DNA of 63,385 nucleotides, the filler included, from Pirum gemmata (taxonomy: Eukaryota), in assembly GCA_002812295.1 (NCBI GenBank). It is 30 parts of 30 records of this genome, joined end to end, with 100 filler letters (N's around TTAATTAATTAA, not from the genome) between each part and the next. Parts side by side here need not be neighbours in the genome. Positions count along the whole stretch, not along the records: positions 50,950 to 52,855 come from PDIN01010435.1; positions 52,956 to 55,495 come from PDIN01010436.1; positions 55,596 to 57,449 come from PDIN01010437.1; positions 57,550 to 59,452 come from PDIN01010438.1; positions 59,553 to 61,413 come from PDIN01010439.1; positions 61,514 to 63,385 come from PDIN01010440.1; 24 more parts are not named here. One strand, written 5' to 3'. The position numbers and the translations under genes are program-made. Under the pieces are notes generated by a model that saw nothing but the letters and a program-made list of their open reading frames with translations, ran no database searches and was not told the DNA's origin. Below are positions 52,168 through 63,385 of this stretch, one piece after another. Position 1 is the stretch's first letter. Each line of letters begins with the position of its first letter.

Positions 52168-52477
52168 ATTATTCTGCTACTATTTCCATAAGCTTCATAT
52201 TCATGTCAACTTCACCCCCTGCTAGAGCAAAGAGGTTTGGATTATTGGGGGTGAAGTTGACATGAATATGATGCCGATGTATCAGATAAATCCTTATGGA
52301 AATAGTAGCAGAATAATTTTATTATAGACAGTTTTTTTACTATTTCCATAAGCTTCATATTCATGTCAACTTCACCCCCTGCTAGAGCAAAGAGGTTTGA
52401 ATTATTGGGGGTGAAGTTGACATGAATATGATGCCGATGTATCAGATAAATCCTTATGGAAATAGTAGCAGAATAAT
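52168..52477. ncRNA. Candidate hairpin RNA/pre-miRNA (or small foldback element), two tandem copies with a 160-bp period
   Basis: Copy 1 has a perfect 25-bp outer stem (52168-52192/52293-52317), a perfect 25-bp inner stem (52195-52219/52247-52271) and a 27-nt loop. Confidence 0.35.
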
Positions 52478-54875
52478 AATATTATNTTTTTTTTTTTTTT
52501 TTTTTTTTCGTGTATCATATACTACTAAAACATTACCTTTTTTTTATATAGCTATCAATAATATAATATCATATTATATAGCTTTCTCAGATATCGTCTA
52601 TTTTTTTCTAGTAGTCTATATATTATGCATATCATAGTTTTTTTGTGTACTAGACTACTTTTTTTTGGTTTTTTTTTTTCCTATTTAATACTCCAAATTT
52701 TCTTTTTTAGCTTTATTTACCATATTAATCACCAAAAAATATATAACTATATTTAGAAAAACAGTTAAGTTTTTCCATTGGTTATATTTTTCAAGAGTAA
52801 ATGTTTAAGCCAACAAAATACCTTATGACCATTTTTTTTTTTTTTTTTTTTTTTTNNNNNNNNNNNNNNNNNNNNNNNNNNNNNNNNNNNNNNNNNNNNT
52901 TAATTAATTAANNNNNNNNNNNNNNNNNNNNNNNNNNNNNNNNNNNNNNNNNNNNAAACAAACAAAATATATCTCGGCGTTATCCAATATCCCTTTCGGA
53001 CCTTTTCTATACATAATTATATATAATATAACTTATGATATATGATGAGGAAAGATTTCTGGTAACTGAGATTTTTTTTGTGATGTTTGTTTTTTTTTAC
53101 ATGTAACGGGTCTTTATTAGGGGAACTTCTCCCAGCTAGTTTTCTCTGTTTTTTGTTTGTTTTGTTTATATAGTAGATAAAATTTAACCATGTGTATACA
53201 ATACCATAGCTATGTCATACAATCTTTTATAACTGTATACAATACAATACAATATTATATACAATACAATGTAATATAATATAATTATAATATAATATAA
53301 TATAATATAATACAATTTACAATACAATACAATATATTATTATAATAAAATAATTATAATATAAAATAATATAATATAATACAATTTACAATGCAATACA
53401 ATATAATATTATAATAAAATACAATATACACAATACAATACAATACAAATTTAAACTACATACATATATTTTTTTAAAAAAACAAATAAACTTCAACAAA
53501 AATAAAAAACAATTGAGTTTCCTAAAATTGATTTATAAGGAATTCATGAATTAACTCTTATTACTAACAATACAATGTGATGTACAATATAATATAATAA
53601 AATATAATANNNNNNNNNNNNNNNNNNNNNNNNNNNNNNNNNNNNNNNNNNNNNNNNNNNNNNNNNNNNTAAAGTAAGGTCGGTTTTGTTAGTACGTTTA
53701 ACAAAAAGTATGTAAAAATAACTAAAGAATACCAGTTTTTTAGTAGTTTTTGACTGTTTTTTTTTTTTTAAAAAATATCAATAAAAGTAAGTTTTTAAAA
53801 TAATTTTAACATAATATTTTAATAATAGATTTTCATTACTTATAGTTTACTTTTTTATATAATATCGTCCTTTTCATTTATTTTGTTTATTTGGAGGATT
53901 ATAATATTTAAATCGACATTTTTAAATAAATACATAGATAATAAAATATATAAAAACAAAAACCAAAAAAAAAAGAATTGTTTGTAGCTCGATTTTTTTT
54001 TGTTTATATTCGAACATATTTGAACATGTATATATACATTTGGAATTATGCACATAAGAAATACCGGTATTATAAAAAAATTATGGTCCGAACGTTCTGT
54101 TGATTTTCGAGCTGTCTCGAGAACCACCCTATAGCCAAGCTACAACCAATGTCAACCACGTGGCTAAATTTGCTATCTGAGTTGTCACGTGATTTTCTAT
54201 GTCAATGCTAGAGTTATTAGGACAAAAAAATTAAGACTGTAACCAATGAAAATTAGAAAAATTAAAGACTAACTTTTATTGATATTTTAATAATATTTTA
54301 ATTAAAAAATAAATATAATTATAACAATATTATAACATAAATATTCAAATAGTTACACGACTAACTTTATATTAGTATTTTATTTTTAAAATAGTAAAAA
54401 ATTAAAAACGTTATTAGTTTAAATTAATGAAATATTACCCAATGAAACCCCTTTATTAATTTAAATTTGGTTAAAATAACCAATAAAACCCATATTTAAT
54501 TTATAAAAGCTAATAACCAATGAAATTAGTTATAAAATAAGATTTTTACCTATTACTAATAAAAATATATACCATAATAGTCAAAAGGATATTTTACATT
54601 GCAAATTTTTAAGTATAAATGGTCTAAATTTAAAACTATTTTCTCTATTTAAAAATGCACAAATGTTATTTTATGCCTATATATATAACGTGTTTTTTAA
54701 TAATGCTGTCAAGTTCAAAAACTGAAATAAACGTACCGAATTATTATTATGGTTAAACATGTTTTAATTAATTTGGTATCTTATACTTAATGTTTTATTT
54801 TATAAACAAGTTCAATTATACACTTAAATAGTATCAAATTAAGGATTGAGAGGACAACTGTAATGAAATAGACGA

Positions 54876-54945
54876 TATTATATAGTGGTTTTTAGACTCT
54901 GTACATAATTAAGAATGTGCAGAGTCTAAAAACCACTATATAATA
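54876..54945. ncRNA. 70-nt hairpin, candidate pre-miRNA or mini-foldback
   Basis: 31-bp stem TATTATATAGTGGTTTTTAGACTCTGTACAT / ATGTGCAGAGTCTAAAAACCACTATATAATA with one G-U pair on the + strand and an 8-nt loop. Confidence 0.3.
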
Positions 54946-55154
54946 AAATCCAATAGCTACGTTAGTTTTTTTTTTAATTTATTTGTTTTGAACGTAAAAT
55001 CCAATAGCTACGTTAATTTGGTAATTGGTAATTGGTAATTGGTAATTGGTAATTGGTAATTGGTAATTGGTAATTGGTAATTGGTAATATTATGTACTAT
55101 TATGTCTATCGTTTTTTTTATTTATTTTGCATATTTCATTAAAATTTCTCCATA

Positions 55155-55332
55155 TGGTGCAAACAATCTAAAAACGACCTACTTTTTTTAACTAATTATT
55201 AGAAGTCCCATCTTTATATTTCATGCTCGAATATTTCAAACCTAAAAAATACCTATTACATTACTTATGATTGAAACCTGAAAATTCTAGTGAAACTCTC
55301 TAAATTCGAACGTTTTTAAATTATTTGCACCA
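55155..55332. mobile_element. TA-flanked MITE with TIR TGGTGCAAA(C/T)AAT(C/T)TAAAAACG; fragments at about 16575-16615, 32000-32030, 32620-32645 and 43845-44007
   Basis: TA-TGGTGCAAAC...ATTTGCACCA-TA. Confidence 0.75.
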
Positions 55333-55658
55333 TAAGAATAAAAAAAATAGCTCGGGTCTATTTATATATAAAAATTTCTCTGCTATGATCTAGAGCTATG
55401 ATAAGTTCCATCACTTCATAAAAAAAAATAAAAAATAGAAACATTACATTGAAGGGCGGGGTTTACGGTTAGGGTTAGGGTTAGGGTTAGGGTTANNNNN
55501 NNNNNNNNNNNNNNNNNNNNNNNNNNNNNNNNNNNNNNNTTAATTAATTAANNNNNNNNNNNNNNNNNNNNNNNNNNNNNNNNNNNNNNNNNNNNATAAT
55601 AATAATAATAAATCTTAATCAATAATAATAACAAATCTTAATCAATAACCTTTACCAG

Positions 55659-56249
55659 TTAACGAAGGGCCTGGCCTAGATTATGTGGCAGTTCACTATT
55701 GTGCCCAACCCTGGGTACCCGAACTCTCCAATGATCCGTATGCTGTACCGAACTGTATTTGCGAGGTATACCAATCAATACTCAATAAGAAAAACAAGTA
55801 GGGTTAGAATTAGGGTCAGAGTTAGGGTTAAGGTTAGAGTTAGAGTTAGAGTTAGGGTTAGGATTAGAGTCAGAGTTAGAGTTAGAGTTAGGGGTTGGAG
55901 CCCTGGAAAATTATAATAATAATAATAATAATGCTAACGATAACGATAAAAATTATGATAATGATAATGATAATAATAATGATAGTGTTGATAACAATAT
56001 TTATTTTGATTATTATATAAATCCACCCCCTGGAACATTATGATAATTATAATGATAACGACAATGATAATGATAATGATAACATTAATGATAATGATAA
56101 TGATAATGATAATGGTAAATGAATAACGATAATGATGATAATTATGATAATGATAATAACTTATGATATTGATATTGATAATGATGATAATGATGATAAT
56201 GATAATGATAATAATGATAATAATGATAGTGACAATGATAATAATAACG

Positions 56250-56290
<41 letters not shown>

Positions 56291-56466
56291 GATAATGATA
56301 ATGATAATGATAATGATAATGATAATGATAATGATAATGATAATGATAATGATAATGATAANTGATTATGATTATGATAATGATAACGATAACGAAAATG
56401 ATAATGATAATGATAACGAAAATGATAATAATAATCATAATCATAATCATAATGATAATGATAATG

Positions 56467-56497
<31 letters not shown>

Positions 56498-57349
56498 GTG
56501 TTAATGAAATTTGTTTTAATTGTTATTATATAAAGGCACCTCCTTGTGAGTGCCCCGCAGGAACATTCGGACGCGGGTGTACAAATACATGTGAATGTAG
56601 AAATGGAGCATTATGCTCTGATGGATTGCGTGGTGATGGGTCATGTCTTTGTCTGTCAGGTTTTGACGGTGCTACTTGTCAAAATAATATTGACGATTGC
56701 GCGCCAAATCCTTGTCAAAATGGTGGAATTTGTACAGATGGACTGAATAGCTTTACGTGTGCTTGTGATGTAGGTTTTGACGGTGCTACTTGTAAAAATA
56801 ATATTGATGATTGTGTTGGTAACCCTTGTGGTGTGAATGGGGATTGTGTTGATCAAGTAGATAGCATCCAGTGTAATTGTCATCCAGGTTTTTCTGGTGG
56901 TAATTGTCAAAATAATATTGACGATTGCGCTCCAAATCCTTGTCAAAATGGTGGAATTTGTACAGATGGAGTGAATAGCTTTACGTGTGCTTGTGAGGTA
57001 GGATTTTCGGGACTTAATTGTGAGCTTTGTGGAGTTGACCATTTTGGTCCCTTGTGTTTGCCGTGTACATGTCAGAATAATGGGGTATGTGATGACTCTA
57101 TCGACGGGGATGGTGACTGTCAATGTACCCCGGATTTCGAAGGTGTTAACTGTGAAGATTGTGTTGCTGATAAGTTTGGTATTAATTGTGAGAAAGAATG
57201 TAATTGCAAGAATGGTGGTAGTTGTTCTGATGGATTGGTTGGTACTGGTGTTTGTAGTTGTACTGATTTTTTTATTGGAAAGGATTGTGGAGTCAATATT
57301 TGTGAAACTTCGTTTGTAGTACCCAATGGAGACTTACGTATTAAAAATG
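55659..57349 (+). CDS. Extracellular EGF-repeat protein (Notch/fibropellin-type cbEGF and MEGF/laminin-type EGF) preceded by a C-type-lectin-like C-terminal exon; exons 55659-55765 and 56536-57349
   Basis: NIDDCAPNPCQNGGICTDGLNSFTCAC repeats and CECRNGALCSDGLRGDGSCLC-type units. The upstream exon NEGPGLDYVAVHYCAQPW...CICE splices in phase 0. Confidence 0.9.
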
Positions 57350-57589
57350 GTATGTTTGGATATTTATTTATATATTATATAGGGTTATGGTTATGGTTAT
57401 GGTTATGGTTATGGCTATGGTTATGGTTATGGTTATGGTTATGGTTATGNNNNNNNNNNNNNNNNNNNNNNNNNNNNNNNNNNNNNNNNNNNNTTAATTA
57501 ATTAANNNNNNNNNNNNNNNNNNNNNNNNNNNNNNNNNNNNNNNNNNNNATAATAATAATAATAAGGATAAATAATAATAAATAATAAA

Positions 57590-57828
57590 TATACTTCCGG
57601 ACCAAATAAATTTATTAACAAAATATGTAAACGTGAATAAGTCCGGTATTTCATCAATCCCTGCACAAATCCCTGCACTATTTTTTTTTAGTCTCTTCTT
57701 GCATGTGTCCACATTATTATTATTATTATTGAATCCGGGTGTGCTTCCGGACTAAATAAATTTATTAAACAAATATGTAAATGTGAATAAGTCTCGACAT
57801 TTTATTATCTCGCCACAAATCCCTGCAG

Positions 57829-57867
<39 letters not shown>

Positions 57868-58910
57868 ATCTCGGTGTACTTCCGGAATAAATAAATTTAT
57901 TAAAAAATATGTGAATTTGAATAAGTCCGGCATTTTATCAATACCTACACAAATCCCTGTAATATTTTTTTTTTAGTCTCTTCTATTTGTTGTATGTGTC
58001 CCCATTATTATTGATATTATTATTTAATCCCGGTGTACTTCCGGACTAAATAAATTATTAAAAAAATATGTAAATTTGAATAAGTCAGGCATTTTATCAA
58101 TCCCTGCACAAATACCTGCATTTTTTTTTTTTAGTCCCTTCTATTTCTTGCATGTGTCCGCATTATTATTATTATTATTATTTAATCCCGGTGTACTACC
58201 GGACCATAAATTTATTAACAAAATATGCAAACGTGAATAATTCCGGCATTTTATCTATCCCTGCACAAATCCCTGCGTTATTTTGTTGTTGGTCCCTTTT
58301 TGCACGTATCCGCTTTATCATTACTATCATTATTTAATCCCGGTGTACTTCTGGACTAAATGTGAATAGTCCGGTATTTTATCAATACCTGCACAAATCC
58401 CTGCGTTATTTTTTTTTTTCAGTCCCTTCTATTTCTTGCATATGTCCACATTATTATTATTATTATTTAATCCCAGTGTACTTCCAGACTTAACAAATTT
58501 ATTAAAAAAATATGTAAATGTGAATAAGTCCGACATTTTATTAATCCCTGCACAAATCCCTGAACTATTTTTTTTAAAGTCCCTTCTTGTATGTGACCGC
58601 ATTATTGTTATTATTTAATCCCGGCGTACTTCCGGAGTAAATAAATTTATTAAAAAAATATGTAAATGGGAATCAATCCCTGTACAAACCTCTTTAAAAA
58701 TCCCTGTAAGAATCCCTGCACGAATCCCTGCACTATTTTTTTCTAGTCCCTTCTATTTTTGTTGCATATTATGTCTACATTATTATTATTATTATTTAAT
58801 CCTGGTGTACTTCCGGACCAAATAAATTTATTAAAAAAATATGTAAATGTGAATAAGCCCGACATTTTATCAATCCCTGCTCAAATCCCTGCAATATTTT
58901 TTTTCTTCTC
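57590..58910. repeat. Diverged tandem satellite, about 9 units of 135-180 bp
   Basis: Recurrent blocks AATCCCGGTGTACTTCCGGA, ATGTAAATGTGAATAAGTCCGGCATTTTATCAATCCCTGCACAAATCCCTGCA separated by variable T and TTA runs. Confidence 0.9.
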
Positions 58911-60496
58911 CCTTCTATACACCATCCAGAAAACCATCCACATTGTTATTTGCCATCCAGAAAACCATCCAAATTACTATTAACATTAACTAAATTTGCA
59001 CATAGAGCAAAACTAAACTTCAAACAAAAGTAAAAAAAAAATGTTGGGAATTTTTTTTAATATAAATTATAAATTCAAATAATTTTTAAGTTTGCAAATT
59101 ATTAAGGAAGGCATCCAAATTACTATAAACTTTAACTAAATTTTCACTTAGAACAAAACTAAACTTAACAAAAACAAAAATAATAAAAAAAGAATATAAA
59201 TTCAAATAATTTTTAAAGTTTGCACATAAATAAGAAAGCCATCCAAATTACACTCGTCCTTATATTATATTAGTAATCTGGCCAATTTTTATGTTTGCAA
59301 ATTACTGAGAAATGCATCTAAATTGTACTCTTCTTGATATTGTGTTTCATCCCAAAGTTCACCGAGCTGTTCCACGATTTCTTTCATAGTTGCTTTTTTA
59401 TTATCGTTTACCTTAGCTTTCTTAGGTTCCTTTTATATGATAATAATAATCANNNNNNNNNNNNNNNNNNNNNNNNNNNNNNNNNNNNNNNNNNNNTTAA
59501 TTAATTAANNNNNNNNNNNNNNNNNNNNNNNNNNNNNNNNNNNNNNNNNNNNAAATAATAAATAATAAATAATAAATAATAATAATAATAACAATGATAA
59601 TAATAATAATAATAATAATAATAATCATAATCATAATAAATTAAAATAATAATACTAATAATAATAAAGACTCTACTATCATAGTAGTTCATAAGTAACG
59701 ATAAGTTGCAGCTACCGTAAAAATACTCTAAAAATAGAACTCTAAAAATATACTTTTCATAATATGAAAAAAACGTCACTTTTACGTCACTACTTTTTTA
59801 AGCCAATGGGGAGGTTAAACTGGCTGGATTTTCTTTTTTTTTTTTTTTTTTTTTTTTCCTCTNGGTTAGGGTTAGGGACCTAAGGACCTTAGGGTTAGGG
59901 TTAGGTTAGGTTAGTTAGGGTTAGGGTTAGGGTTAGGGTTAGGTGCCTGGCTTCTCCCAATTTTGCTAAAAAACGAGTTTTCGAGCCTATGCATTAATTA
60001 AATAAGTTCGAACATTTTGAAATTACAATTAAGTATTCGAGTATATTTATTTATTAATAAATTCGAAAAAAAATGAAATTTTTTTTTCGAGTTTTCGCTC
60101 GAGCAGAATTGGGAGAGGCTTAGCCTGGCCAGGGCCAAGGCCGAGTAGTCTGATATTATTTTTGACTTTCTTTATTCCAATTATTGGACAGCTATATATA
60201 AAAAATATGACCCAAACCAACCCTAACCTATTCTATAACCCTAACCCTAACCCTAACCCTAACCCTAACCCCTGACCCTAACCCTAACTCTAACCCTATA
60301 ACCCTAACCCTAGCTAGCTACCTGGGGTCTGTAGAACCTGGTCTATTCTGAATGTCGGACCACTCTGATAGACCTAGACTAGTTAGTTAGTTAAGCGGAG
60401 GCTAGCTAGTCCAAGCTAGCTAGCTACTAGTAGCTAGCTAGTAGAGAATGATACTCCTATGATATTTTTTTATGCAGGTCTATCTATGCATACTAA

Positions 60497-60773
60497 GGGA
60501 GCGTTCAATAATTACGTAACGCTGGGGGTAGGTAGGGGGGGTCGGATTTTTGTGACAGGCCGTGACGCAGTAGGGGGGTAGGTTTTCGTAATATGACATA
60601 ACNAAAAAAAAAGGGTTAGGGTTGGCATTTAGGTAATTTAGGGTACTATTTTTTCCAAATCGTTACGTCATAAGGGGTAGGTAGTCCTTCTCAAACGTGA
60701 CAGGTCATTACATGGGGGGTAGTAGGGTAGGTTTTTGTCCCAATTCGGCGTTACGTAATTATTGAACGCTCCC
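60497..60773. mobile_element. Complete PIF/Harbinger-type MITE, family B; fragments at 12671-12800, 29152-29224 and 50950-51023
   Basis: Perfect 26-bp TIR GGGAGCGTTCAATAATTACGTAACGC with a TAA target-site duplication on both sides (60494-96, 60774-76). Confidence 0.9.
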
Positions 60774-62057
60774 TAACCCTAACAATACTAAGTCTTATTC
60801 CTCATTTATTCACTAGCTAGATTCCCATGGAAACCTTTCGAGCACTCTGTTTTCACTAATCCAGTACCAGACAAAATGTTATAATATACTACGTACGTAC
60901 ACTTACAAACATATTATTTTTTATTTAAAATTAATGAAATTCACACCACATAATTTTCTCTATAAAACTGATGTTGGAATCTAAATAATACTGAGATATA
61001 CTATAATATATATTATGTGTGTACTCTTTTATAAATTGTTTGTGAACGATGTGTTTTCTTAGTAATGTTTGTGTATAATATTATATTGTATTTCTTAGTG
61101 CTAAGCATTTTTTATATATTTATTAAATGTGATAAGAATTTTACGATATAAAAAATAAAATAAAAAATAACAAAGAAAAAGAGCAACAATAAAATAAAAA
61201 TAAAAAATAAAAATTTGAAACGGATACCAAAAAAGGTCTGGAAAAAAGGGTCCATATGAGCCACAAAAAAATAAAAAATCAGGAAAAAAAAGGGAGAAAA
61301 AAATACATAATCGTATTTTTTATATATATAATGTACGACAGTGAATACGTGTACATGACTAAAAAAAATGTTTTGTTTTGTTTTGTTTGTTGTTTTGTTT
61401 TGTTTTGTTTTGTNNNNNNNNNNNNNNNNNNNNNNNNNNNNNNNNNNNNNNNNNNNNTTAATTAATTAANNNNNNNNNNNNNNNNNNNNNNNNNNNNNNN
61501 NNNNNNNNNNNNNACCCTAACCCTGACCCTGACCCTAACCCTAACTCTAACCCTAACTCTAACTCTAACTCTTACTCTAACCCATATATATATATATATA
61601 TAATATATATATTGTAAGATAAACAAAAAATGATATATATTAACATTAATATTTTTAATTATATTAATAAATTATTACTTGATAAAACATTTGAACACTC
61701 TTTTACTTTTATTACTTTTGGTTCGTCTTAGGGATAAAAATAAGAATAAAAAACGTAAACAATATGTATACAACATTATTAAAAAACCTAAGTCAGTACA
61801 GCCATCAACTATAAAAAGAATTTTTGATGCATAAAACAAACAAATTCCCTCTAAATAAAACAAAACTAATATTTTAAATTATTGAATATGGTTACCTACC
61901 ATAGGATATTTTGATGCATAAAATAAATTCCTCTCTAAAATAAAATAATATTAACAATACTATAACAACCCAAAAATAGTATACTTGTAAGTACTGACAT
62001 GGAGATGATTGAGCTTAAAATTAATTGATTGCCATCATCACCATCACCATCACGCAG

Positions 62058-62477
62058 AGACAGTTTTCCACGGAGCTAGATTCGTTTGTCATTTTTTTGG
62101 TAACTGAGCTTAATATTAACTGATTACCAATCATCACTATCACAGCACCATCACCATCGCCACCACCACCACCATAATCATCACTACCATCAGTATCACC
62201 ACTATTACCACTATCACCAACTACCATCACCATCACCAACCCCACCAACCCCACCAGCTCCAATATCGCCATCACCACAAGTGAACGCTGAAGTGAACGC
62301 TGAAGTGAACCACCACCAACCCAACCAACCCCAATATTACCACCACTACCACCACCATCATCAACAACATCAGTATCATCAGTGCAACCAGAATCACCAC
62401 CACTACTACCACTACCACCACCAACAGACAGCAGGTTGGTAGAGCAATATGAGCTCGGACGAAATACCAATCAACAT
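62058..62477 (+). CDS. Possible pair of mini-exons of an unidentified gene
   Basis: GCAG|AGACA...TTTG|GTAACT and ACAG|ACAGC...ACAT|GTATAC splice in phase to TVFHGARFVCHFFDSRLVEQYELGRNTNQH. Confidence 0.3.
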
Positions 62478-63385
62478 GTATACCATATATAATTAAGCCT
62501 GATTGATCTCTTTTCGAGCTCACCTCTTTTCGTTAATCATTTAATAATAAATAGTTAGTTTTATCACATTCTTCTAATTTTAAATTCAATAGTCTAGAAA
62601 CTTTTTGACCAAAAACATAGGAACTTAAGTATAGGGCGTCATAATAATATTTTATTATTTTATTATTTTTCGCCAACATTGACTCAGATTTTGAGGAAAA
62701 GAGAATTTCCCCTCTCAAAATGAAATTACTAATTATTGGGAAGACTGACAGTAGTTATGACATTTCTTGATTACTCATCATACATCCAAAAATGGTAATA
62801 TTATATATAAGAATCTACGAGAGGGGGATGTACTTTTCCAATTTATTTTATTGTGACGTAATCCGTGCTATTCCCTATACTTTAGTCCCTATGCCAAAAA
62901 GAATTTTTATCCTATTCTTCTAATTGGTAATTAATCAGGGAGATAACTGAAAACAAAATCGAATCAAACAGCTCGATCACAATTATTAAATTATGACAAT
63001 TTTTCAATATATATTCGAGTTTCGAGTTTTTTTTTTTTTATGAATTTCTAAGAATCTTCCAACCCCTCTCCGTGCTACTTGGCCCTATACTTAAATATGG
63101 GAGAGGGATTGTGAGGTCATCTGGGATATATAGTCCCTATGGAATCTATTTTTAAGAAAAAATTAGGCTCAAGAAATTTTTGAAAATTATTTCAAACTAG
63201 TCTCGATTCGATAATTTTTTAATCTTCCTATTACTTTTAAACTTTTAATGCGTTCTTTTAATTGGCCGTCAAACAGTAATTTTTCCCTTGATTATTCTCA
63301 ATATACATTTTGTTATCTATATAATATTTGACGTAACACTCAACAACCGCACCTGTATTTTTTACATGGTATAATAATAATAATT

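Noticed and set aside
57590..58910. CRISPR-like array
   Set aside because: The sequences between conserved blocks are themselves homologous. It is a eukaryotic satellite.
1819..61513. Regularly spaced TTAATTAATTAA with ~1.9-kb intervals, resembling a repeat-spacer array or nanochromosomes
   Set aside because: It always sits inside N44 padding and is an artificial six-frame-stop contig linker. The near-uniform spacing reflects how contigs were concatenated.

Overview
Very AT-rich eukaryotic nuclear DNA. The window is not one locus. It is about 30 short contigs (mostly ~1.9 kb) joined by 29 artificial 100-nt linkers (N44-TTAATTAATTAA-N44), so adjacency across linkers means nothing. Most six-frame ORFs are microsatellite artefacts. 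Reading GT-AG exons by eye recovers fragments of real intron-rich genes: MCMBP, Tubby-like, UPB1, cortactin N-terminus, sugar porter, EGF/C-lectin protein, rhodanese, a methyltransferase-like protein, a SnoaL/NTF2 protein, GH45 cellulase, a 2OG-Fe(II) oxygenase-RING fusion, and a single-pass receptor with a tyrosine-motif tail. Cortactin, pTyr motifs, EGF arrays and TTAGGG repeats suggest a unicellular holozoan, possibly an ichthyosporean (inference). Mobile DNA includes a Crypton-type GCR1_C domain, a decayed polinton-like virus/virophage-type gene cluster with a probable tyrosine recombinase, a decayed chromodomain ORF and at least six MITE families. The most unusual signals are: (i) a predicted GT-AG intron made only of (CCCTAA)23 between AAGGT direct repeats, with other signs of telomeric DNA added at internal breakpoints; (ii) dense chains of TA-(1-5 nt)-TA motifs resembling stacked transposon excision footprints near putative promoters; (iii) pre-miRNA-like hairpins; (iv) an exactly triplicated 100-bp exon+intron unit. 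All family assignments come from recalled motifs; no searches were run.
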